Below, piece by piece: positions 9,897-18,733 of a stretch of DNA of 64,000 nt; positions within the stretch are counted from its first letter, which is position 1, and each line of letters begins with the position of its first letter. Made by a program: the position numbers and the translations under genes. The notes below the pieces were generated by a model. It was not told the DNA's origin and ran no database searches. It worked only from the letters and a program-made list of their open reading frames with translations. Source of the DNA: an uncultured Clostridia bacterium (lineage in GTDB: Bacteria; Bacillota; Clostridia; TANB77; CAG-508); NCBI GenBank assembly GCA_947631915.1, contig CANRNC010000005.1:23789-87788 (forward strand), in the 5' to 3' direction.

Positions 9897-11165
9897 ATGA
9901 AGAAAACAAAAAAAATTTTAGCACTAGTTATATTATTAATGCTTATTACAACAATATTTTCTAATGTAAAAGCTGCAGGAAGTTTTTCAGTAAGTGCGTC
10001 TTCATCATCATTAACAATAGGGCAAACAGCTACTCTTACTATAACAACTTCAAGTTGTGCTGGACAATTCAGTATAGCGTCATCTAATTCAAATGTTGTA
10101 GCTGTTAGTAAATCATCAACGTTTATAGATGGTAGTGAAAAAATTACTTTAACTGCAAAAACAGCTGGAACGGCAACAATAACAGTAACGCCAGTAGATG
10201 TTTCTGATGAAAGTTATAATAAAATAACAGGTGCAAAGTCAGTTACAATAACTGTAAAAGATAGTAATAATACTACTACTCAACCACCAAATACAACGCA
10301 GCCACCCACAACGACAACAAAATCAGGTGATGCAACGCTGAAGTCTATAACTATTGGATCTAAAACTTATTCAGGATCATCTCTGAAAGATACAATATCG
10401 TATACAGCAGGTGCCACAGTAAGTTCTATAAAAATAAGTGCAACAAAAAACAATAGCAAAGCAACTATAAGTGGAACAGGAACAAAATCTTTGGTGGCAG
10501 GACAAACAAATAAATTTGCAATTACGGTAACTGCTGAAAATGGAACAAAGAAAACATATAGTGTAAATATTATAAGACTAGAAGAAGAATCAAATGTACC
10601 AAATGTAATAGAAGGAGATGTACCAACTCCGGAGGAAACGAAGCTAACTTTAACATCATTAATTATTAAAAACGTCGAATTAGAACCAGAATTTAATCCC
10701 GAAGTATATACTTATGTTGCAAATGTTGAAAACATGAAGGAGCTTGAGATCGATGCAACTGCAAGTAAACCTGATGCTCAAATTAATATAGAAGGAGCTA
10801 CAGATTTAAAGGAAGGCGATAACATAATAAGAATTACAGTTACTCTGGGTGAAGAGAAAGCTGAATACATTGTAGATTTGTATAATACAATACAAGATGA
10901 AATAATGGGAATTACAACAGAAGATGAAAATAATGATAACGATGAAAATAAAATAACATTTAACTCAAAAGAAATAATACTAATTGTATTAGTTGTTGCA
11001 TTAGCTCTAATTTCAATTAGATATATAATTGTTTCATATAAATTGAGTAAGGAAATCGAAGAGTCAACAGATGATATTCTAATGGATGATGACGAATATG
11101 ATATTTTTAAACCTAAAAATCAAAATATTGTCACTAAAAATGAAAAAATAGGCCGACATTTTTAA
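9897..11165 (+). CDS. Membrane-anchored surface protein with Big_2-like Ig domain and two cadherin-like beta-sandwich domains
   Basis: Signal peptide (…SNVKA|AG). Two approximately 85-aa modules end in VTAENGTKKTYSVNIIR and ITVTLGEEKAEYIVDLY, the cadherin-like signature. A Thr/Pro-rich linker (TTTQPPNTTQPPTTTT) and a C-terminal TM helix with a charged tail follow. Confidence 0.6.
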   Translation: MKKTKKILALVILLMLITTIFSNVKAAGSFSVSASSSSLTIGQTATLTITTSSCAGQFSIASSNSNVVAVSKSSTFIDGSEKITLTAKTAGTATITVTPVDVSDESYNKITGAKSVTITVKDSNNTTTQPPNTTQPPTTTTKSGDATLKSITIGSKTYSGSSLKDTISYTAGATVSSIKISATKNNSKATISGTGTKSLVAGQTNKFAITVTAENGTKKTYSVNIIRLEEESNVPNVIEGDVPTPEETKLTLTSLIIKNVELEPEFNPEVYTYVANVENMKELEIDATASKPDAQINIEGATDLKEGDNIIRITVTLGEEKAEYIVDLYNTIQDEIMGITTEDENNDNDENKITFNSKEIILIVLVVALALISIRYIIVSYKLSKEIEESTDDILMDDDEYDIFKPKNQNIVTKNEKIGRHF

Positions 11166-11263
11166 GAAAATTAAAAAGTTTTCAAAAAACTATTGCAAAT
11201 AAACTCAAAATATAGTATAAAATAAAATGAGTGTTATATAATAATAAAGAAGGAGAATAAAAA

Positions 11264-11626
11264 ATGATGAAAAGTAGGATAACAAAAATTTTAGTTTTAT
11301 TATTAATTATAGGATTAATAATGGTAAAGGTATTTAGTGTTGCTGTATCAGCAAGTAGTATACAAGAAATACTAGAAGGAAATCAAATAACTGATGAAAA
11401 TGGAGGTACAAGTGGTTTACCAACAACAAATACACCAACGACCAACACACCAACAACAAACACGCCAACGACAAATACACCAACGACAAATACACCAACC
11501 ACTAATACAAATACTAATAAATTACCAAAAACAGGTGCAAATGAAAATGTAATTATCGGATTAATGGTAATTTGTGCAGCAGGTGGAATATATGCATTTA
11601 AAAAAGTAAAGGAATATAATGTTTAA
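11264..11626 (+). CDS. Small LPXTG-anchored protein with six PTTNT tandem repeats
   Basis: Signal peptide; 6x PTTNT; LPKTG sorting motif followed by hydrophobic segment and KKVKEYNV positively charged tail. Confidence 0.7.
   Translation: MMKSRITKILVLLLIIGLIMVKVFSVAVSASSIQEILEGNQITDENGGTSGLPTTNTPTTNTPTTNTPTTNTPTTNTPTTNTNTNKLPKTGANENVIIGLMVICAAGGIYAFKKVKEYNV
11420..11509 (+). repeat. 90-bp coding tandem repeat, 6 x 15 bp (CCAAC[AG]AC[AC]AA[CT]AC[AG])
   Basis: Direct reading of sequence; encodes PTTNT x6. Confidence 0.9.
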
Positions 11627-11646
11627 TAAAATTTATTTATATAAGT

Positions 11647-11676
11647 AAGGACACTTTTATAGTGTCCTTTTTATTA
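11647..11676 (+). terminator. Rho-independent terminator
   Basis: AAGGACACT/AGTGTCCTT 9-bp stem plus TTTTTATTAT. Confidence 0.6.
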
Positions 11677-11768
11677 TATTCAGATTTGTTTTTATTTGAC
11701 AAAACTATTGAAAAATTTTGTAAAATATAGTATTATCTAATAGAAATAAGAAAGAAAGGTGATAACCT

Positions 11769-11897
11769 GTGGAGGAAGTTATATTCGAGGACTATAATAT
11801 TAGATTTAATGAAAATGATATAAAGAATGCAGATAAAAATACTTTAGAGAAATGTAAAAAAAAGCTAGAAGAAACTTTATTAAAATTAAATAATTAA
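11769..11897 (+). CDS. Possible small ORF (42 aa, GTG start), not in ORF track
   Basis: RBS AAAGGTGA 6 nt upstream of GTG; VEEVIFEDYNIRFNENDIKNADKNTLEKCKKKLEETLLKLNN*; stop is immediately followed by RBS of next gene. Confidence 0.2.
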   Translation: MEEVIFEDYNIRFNENDIKNADKNTLEKCKKKLEETLLKLNN

Positions 11898-11914
11898 ATG
11901 AAGGAGAACAAGAG

Positions 11915-12409
11915 ATGGCTAATGAGATATATGTGAAAATAGAGGAACTATGTAAAAGAATAAATTCGTATTCAGAGAAAGATATTTCTGTTAAAAATCA
12001 AGTGAAAACTAATATATACATTGAAAAAGTAAGTAAATTAATCAATATGATAGAAATTGCAATGAATAATCCTAATCTACCTAATACTAGTATTATAGAA
12101 GAAGTAGACACAATCAACGAAAAACCCATATCTGAAGATAAGTATAATCCATATAGCAATGATTTTTATTATAAGGATAAATTACAACAATTGGATGGAG
12201 ATATTAATAAACTTATTAAAGAATTAAAAGCAGAAGATGAAATAGGCTATAGGAATGCTTATATTATAAAAGAAATTGAAAAGAATATAAATAATAAAAA
12301 AGATAGAGTGCCGGATGAAACAATATCTAAAAATAATAAAAAAAATGATAAGTTGACCGTAAAGAATAAAGTAGGTATATGGGAGAGAATAAAAGGCATT
12401 TTTAGATAG
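11915..12409 (+). CDS. Hypothetical protein (Lys/Glu/Asn-rich, predicted coiled-coil)
   Basis: 164 aa ORF with RBS AAGGAGAA; no recognisable family. Confidence 0.45.
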   Translation: MANEIYVKIEELCKRINSYSEKDISVKNQVKTNIYIEKVSKLINMIEIAMNNPNLPNTSIIEEVDTINEKPISEDKYNPYSNDFYYKDKLQQLDGDINKLIKELKAEDEIGYRNAYIIKEIEKNINNKKDRVPDETISKNNKKNDKLTVKNKVGIWERIKGIFR

Positions 12410-12438
12410 TTTCATAACTCAGAAAGGGATTAATTGCT

Positions 12439-13035
12439 ATGGAAATAGATAAAATAAGAGGTATTATTGAAGCTATTTTATTCTGTGCAGGAAGAGTTGT
12501 TACAATTAAGGAGCTAGAACTGGCGGTAGAAATTAATGAAAAAGATATTGTAGAATTAATTAATGATATGAACAAAGAATATAGAGATATTTCACGAGGA
12601 ATAGAAATTATTAGAGTCAATGATGGATATCAAATGTGCACTAAAAAAGAGTACTATGAATATATTTATCCAGTAATAGATAAAAGAAATAAACCGAAGC
12701 TTTCGCAGGCTGCATTAGAAGCTTTAGCAATAATAGCATATAATCCCCGAATAACAAGAGCAGAAATAGAAGCTATAAGAGGAGTATCTTCAGATGCTGT
12801 TATATATAAATTATTAGAATATAACCTGATAGAGGAAGCAGGTAAAATTGATATTTTGGGTAAACCAATGTCATATAGAACAACTGATGAATTTTTAAAA
12901 ATGTTTGGATATGCTAGTTTAGAGGAATTACCTGAACTCCCCAAATATAAAGTAGATGAAAATCAGCAAATTGTTATAGATGATTTGTTAATAGATAGTG
13001 AGCAAAGAGAGGAGAAAGATAATAGTAATGAGTAA
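12439..13035 (+). CDS. scpB: Segregation and condensation protein B
   Basis: ScpB pattern (tandem winged-helix); 198 aa. Confidence 0.85.
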   Translation: MEIDKIRGIIEAILFCAGRVVTIKELELAVEINEKDIVELINDMNKEYRDISRGIEIIRVNDGYQMCTKKEYYEYIYPVIDKRNKPKLSQAALEALAIIAYNPRITRAEIEAIRGVSSDAVIYKLLEYNLIEEAGKIDILGKPMSYRTTDEFLKMFGYASLEELPELPKYKVDENQQIVIDDLLIDSEQREEKDNSNE

Positions 13036-14470
13036 TGAAGATAAAAATTTTGTAAAGGAAGTAACAAATATAGAAGAAGATTTTGCTAAATGGTATACAG
13101 ACATAGTATTAAAAGCAGATTTGGCAGATTATACAGGAACTAAAGGTTGTATAGCTATAAAACCATATGGATATGCTATTTGGGAAAATATACAAAAGTA
13201 TGCAGATGAGTTATTTAAGAAAAATGGAGTAAAGAATGTATATTTTCCAGTTTTAATTCCAGAAAGTTTATTACAAAGAGAAAAGGAGCATGTTGAAGGA
13301 TTTGCACCAGAAGTAGCTATGGTTACAGAAGCTGGTGGAAAAAATCTAGATGAAAAATTATGTATTAGACCAACTTCTGAAACAATGTTTTGTGATTTAT
13401 ATGCTAAGTGGTTAAGCTCTTGGAGAGATTTGCCATTTGTATATAATCAATGGTGTAATGTGTTGAGGTGGGAAAAGGAAACAAAACCATTCCTTCGCTC
13501 TAGAGAGTTTTTATGGCAGGAAGGGCATACTATACATGAAACAAAAGAAGAAGCTGAAAATAGAACTCTTCAAATGTTGGAAATCTATGCAGATGTAATT
13601 GAAAACTTACTTGCTATTCCTGTATTAAAAGGAAGAAAAACAGAAAAAGAAAAATTTGCTGGTGCAGAAGCTACATATACAGTAGAAACATTAATGCATG
13701 ATGGAAGAGCTATTCAAGCGGGAACTTCACATTATTTTGGACAAAACTTTACAAAACCATTTGATGTAAAATTCCAAAACAGATATGGAAAAGAAGAATA
13801 TGCATACCAAACTTCATGGGGGATAAGTACAAGATTAATTGGAGCTGTTATTATGGCTCATGGAGATAATCGTGGACTTAAACTTCCACCAAGAGTTGCA
13901 CCAATACAAGTTGTTGTAGTTCCAGTTATGATGAATAAAGATGGAGTAAAAGAAAAAGCTACAGAAGTATATGAAAAATTAAGAGACGAATTTAGAGCAG
14001 AAGTGGATTTAAGAGATAATTATACTCCAGGATATAAATTTAATGATTGGGAATTAAGAGGCGTTCCAGTAAGAATAGAATTAGGACCACGCGATATTGA
14101 AAATAATGTGTGTGTAATGGTAAGACGTGATACTTTAGAGAAGCAAACAGTAAGTTTAGATGAAGTAAATAATAAATTGAAAGAATTATTAGAAGATATT
14201 CAAAAAAATATGTATGCTCAATGTGAGAAAATAAGAGAAGAAAGAACAACGACAGCAACAAACTTGGATGAATTCGTTAAAAATTTAGAAGAAAAACAGG
14301 GATATATAAAAACCATGTGGTGTGGAGATACAGCTTGTGAAGATAAAATAAAAGAATTGACTGGAGCACATTCAAGATGTATACCATTTAAACAAGAAAA
14401 GATAGGAAATAAATGTGTATGTTGTGGAAAAAATGCAACTACAATGGTAGTATGGGGAAGACAATATTAA
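13028..14470 (+). CDS. proS: Proline--tRNA ligase, archaeal/eukaryote-like short form
   Basis: ProRS-like sequence throughout; C-terminal zinc-binding CxxC (CVCCGK); ATG at 13028 overlaps scpB stop by 8 nt. Confidence 0.88.
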   Translation: MSNEDKNFVKEVTNIEEDFAKWYTDIVLKADLADYTGTKGCIAIKPYGYAIWENIQKYADELFKKNGVKNVYFPVLIPESLLQREKEHVEGFAPEVAMVTEAGGKNLDEKLCIRPTSETMFCDLYAKWLSSWRDLPFVYNQWCNVLRWEKETKPFLRSREFLWQEGHTIHETKEEAENRTLQMLEIYADVIENLLAIPVLKGRKTEKEKFAGAEATYTVETLMHDGRAIQAGTSHYFGQNFTKPFDVKFQNRYGKEEYAYQTSWGISTRLIGAVIMAHGDNRGLKLPPRVAPIQVVVVPVMMNKDGVKEKATEVYEKLRDEFRAEVDLRDNYTPGYKFNDWELRGVPVRIELGPRDIENNVCVMVRRDTLEKQTVSLDEVNNKLKELLEDIQKNMYAQCEKIREERTTTATNLDEFVKNLEEKQGYIKTMWCGDTACEDKIKELTGAHSRCIPFKQEKIGNKCVCCGKNATTMVVWGRQY

Positions 14471-14562
14471 TACTTATAAATTAATATATATAGCGTATAA
14501 AAAAATATTTTTTACGAAATAATTACGTATATATTACATTTTAGTAAAAATTAACTTTTAAA

Positions 14563-14591
14563 TTGACAATAAAATTTCAAAATGATATAAA
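14563..14591 (+). promoter_or_regulatory. Putative sigma-A promoter TTGACA-17-(TGa)TATAAA
   Basis: -35 14563-14568, -10 14586-14591 with TG at 14583-14584. Confidence 0.4.
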
Positions 14592-14637
14592 TAATGTAGA
14601 ATGGTGTATAAAAAAGTAAAATACAATTAGATAAAAA

Positions 14638-16048
14638 ATGGGAGAGATGCAGATGATAAAAAAATATTTAACAGGTTTAATTTCATTTATATTAATAATG
14701 GGAATATGTACAAATGCAATGGCAACGGAATTGAAAACGAGTTTAAAAACAATAGAACAAGCTAGTGAGACAAAGTATTTAGAGAATGATCAAGGTTATA
14801 TATCAAAAACAATAGTAAATTCGAATCCAGATGCGGGAGAAGTAACCATAGAATTAAAATTGTCTAATACTAAAAAAGAAAGTGATGTAGTAAAAAGTAC
14901 AGAGATTTTTTTAGTTTTAGATAATTCAATTAGTATGGAACATAAAGCTACTGAAACTACAACAAGAAAATCAATTATAGGTAATTCTGCAACAAGTCTA
15001 ATAAATAAGATTTATGATAGTACATCAAATGTAAAAGTTGGAATTGTTAGATTTGCATCAAAACTGTCTCGGAACACTAGAGGATACAGGAAAAGAATAT
15101 AATCAACCGAATGCTGCTAATTTAATGTGTGCTTTGACGGATAATAAAAATTCAGTAACTAATGCTATTTCACAATATAACTCAATGGATACTGAAGCTG
15201 GAACTAATATTTATGCTGGTTTAAAAAAAGCATATGAGAATTTTTCATCAGAGAATAATAATAAAATTATAATTCTATTAACTGATGGCGTTCCAACAGA
15301 ATATACAGAATCTTATAATGATTGGGCTTCAGAAGAATCTGTTGATAGCAATACTAAAAAATATATTGAAAATATAGGTAATAAAGTTACGCTAATTTCT
15401 TTAATGTCAGGTATAGCTGATGGAGAAGAAGATTCGGATGATTTAGAAAGAGTTGAAGGGATATTCGGAACTAAAGAAAAGCCTACTTCTGGTTATTTTT
15501 ATAATATATCAGATGTTGATATAGAAAATGTTGTTAATAATGATGTATTTAGTAATGTAATGGAAAAAGTACAAAATCCAATAAATACAGTAAAAGTAGT
15601 TGACTATTTTCCAGAGGACATAATAGATAATTTTGAATTTTCTTATGTAGGAAATCCAAGTGTAGGAACATCATCAGAAGAAATTGATCCAGAAACCAAG
15701 ACAATAACATGGAATATAGATACATTAAAAGGTGAAGGAATAGCAACATTAAGATATAAATTAAAGATTAAAGATATGCAAAATGCAAAATTATTAAATA
15801 AAACAATAGCAACAAATGAAAAAGTAGTATTAACATATAAAGATACAGGTTTAAAAGATTATACAGTAACATTAACAAGTAGTCCAAAAATTCAATTAGC
15901 AGAAGTTAAAGTAGTAGATGATACTAAATTAAATGGTAAATTACCACAAACAGGAGAAAGCATTATAATAGCTATCAGTATTGTAATAATAACATTAGTA
16001 TTATTAATTATATATAGAAAGTACAGGGATTATAAAGATATAAAATAG
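14638..16048 (+). pseudogene. VWA-domain LPXTG surface adhesin (pilus-tip/adhesin-like), interrupted by +1 frameshift in A4 run 15060-15063
   Basis: N-terminal ORF (signal peptide, MIDAS DNSIS, VGIVRFAS) stops at 15102; frame +1 ORF from 15038 continues VWA (TLEDTGKEYNQPNAANL…GTNIYAGLKKA…IIILLTDGVPT) and ends with LPQTG + TM + YRKYRDYKDIK. Deleting one A gives continuous VGIVRFASNCLGTLEDTGKEY. Confidence 0.65.
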
Positions 16049-16074
16049 TAAGAAAAAATAAATTATACAAAAAA

Positions 16075-16101
16075 TTAGCACTTGGTATTGACAAGTGCTA
16101 A
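16075..16101 (+). promoter_or_regulatory. CIRCE operator 1 (HrcA site) TTAGCACTT-N9-AAGTGCTAA
   Basis: Perfect 9-bp inverted repeat with 9-nt spacer; overlaps the -35 hexamer. Confidence 0.85.
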
Positions 16102-16114
16102 TTTTTGTTATAAT
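16088..16114 (+). promoter_or_regulatory. groESL sigma-A promoter (TTGACA … TGtTATAAT)
   Basis: -35 16088-16093; extended -10 TGTTATAAT 16106-16114 (15-nt spacer; alternative -10 TAATAT with 17-nt spacer). Confidence 0.5.
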
Positions 16115-16117
16115 ATA

Positions 16118-16144
16118 TTAGCAGTCAATCAAAAAGAGTGCCAA
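16118..16144 (+). promoter_or_regulatory. CIRCE operator 2 TTAGCAGTC-N9-GAGTGCCAA
   Basis: Second CIRCE-like inverted repeat (8/9 arm match to consensus TTAGCACTC-N9-GAGTGCTAA) immediately downstream of -10. Confidence 0.7.
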
Positions 16145-16187
16145 CAATTATAAAATATATAATTAAATCATATAGATAATTATATAA

Positions 16188-16499
<312 letters not shown>

Positions 16500-16528
16500 A
16501 ATGTATGATATTTTTATAAAGATATAAT

Positions 16529-16545
16529 GGCAAGCATTGCTTGCC
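16529..16545 (+). other. Intercistronic groES-groEL stem-loop (GGCAAGC-att-GCTTGCC)
   Basis: 7-bp stem in groES-groEL spacer, no T-run; probable mRNA processing/stability element. Confidence 0.3.
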
Positions 16546-16570
16546 CAATCTTCGAAAAAAATAAAAATTA

Positions 16571-18218
<1,648 letters not shown>

Positions 18219-18240
18219 TTTAAATAAAATATTAATGATA

Positions 18241-18270
18241 GGGGCACGGGGTACCGTGCCCATTTTATAT
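18241..18270 (+). terminator. Rho-independent terminator after groEL
   Basis: GGGCACGG-ggta-CCGTGCCC followed by ATTTTATATT. Confidence 0.7.
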
Positions 18271-18292
18271 TAAAAAAATTCTATAAAACATA

Positions 18293-18321
18293 TTGACATA
18301 TTTCTGCAAAAATCATATAAT
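18293..18321 (+). promoter_or_regulatory. Sigma-A promoter TTGACA-17-TATAAT for arsR-type regulator/ATPase operon
   Basis: Consensus -35 and -10 hexamers with 17-nt spacer. Confidence 0.6.
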
Positions 18322-18323
18322 AT

Positions 18324-18343
18324 ATATGAATAGTTGTTCATAT
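18324..18343 (+). promoter_or_regulatory. Candidate ArsR/SmtB operator: inverted repeat ATATGAA-N6-TTCATAT
   Basis: Perfect 7-bp arms immediately downstream of -10, position typical for autoregulated metalloregulator. Confidence 0.45.
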
Positions 18344-18367
18344 GTTAAAATGAAAGGAAATATAAAT

Positions 18368-18733
18368 ATGGGAAAAGAAACAAACGAAGAAATTCAAGAG
18401 CAAAATATTATCAGACTTGATACTGTGGAAAATGTTAAAAAAACACTTCCAGAGGATGATGAGATATTTGAGTTAGCTGAACTTTTTAAAATGTTTGCAG
18501 ATTCTACAAGAATGAAAATAATTTGTGCACTTAAAGAACAGGAATTATGTGTGGGAGAAATAGCATTTATTACGAATACCACACAAAGTGCTATATCACA
18601 CCAATTAAGAATACTTAAACAGTCTAAACTTGTTAAATACAGGAAAGAAGGAAAAATTGTTTATTATAGTCTAGATGATGAACATGTAATTGAAATCTTA
18701 ATGAAAGGTCGTGAACACATTGAAGAAATATAG
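18368..18733 (+). CDS. ArsR/SmtB-family metal-responsive transcriptional repressor
   Basis: HTH_5 signature; RBS GAAAGGAAA then ATG 18368; ORF-track start 18293 runs through the promoter. Confidence 0.8.
   Translation: MGKETNEEIQEQNIIRLDTVENVKKTLPEDDEIFELAELFKMFADSTRMKIICALKEQELCVGEIAFITNTTQSAISHQLRILKQSKLVKYRKEGKIVYYSLDDEHVIEILMKGREHIEEI

Noticed and set aside
9658-9924. 88-aa minus-strand ORF with internal repeats
   Set aside because: It is the antisense of the duplicated dockerin-like coding repeat. Its repetitiveness derives from the sense-strand repeat.
11420-11509. Tandem 15-bp repeat array considered as CRISPR or minisatellite
   Set aside because: The repeats are contiguous with no spacers, in-frame, and encode PTTNT x6 inside a signal-peptide/LPXTG protein. 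It is a coding repeat, not CRISPR.
12998-13027. Upstream in-frame extension of proS (MSKERRKIIV)
   Set aside because: It lies within the scpB coding region. The ProRS homology begins at MSNEDKNF (ATG 13028), giving an 8-nt overlap typical of translational coupling.
18293-18367. N-terminal extension of the ArsR-type regulator ORF
   Set aside because: It begins exactly at the -35 hexamer and spans the promoter and operator. The real start is ATG 18368 after RBS GAAAGGAAA.
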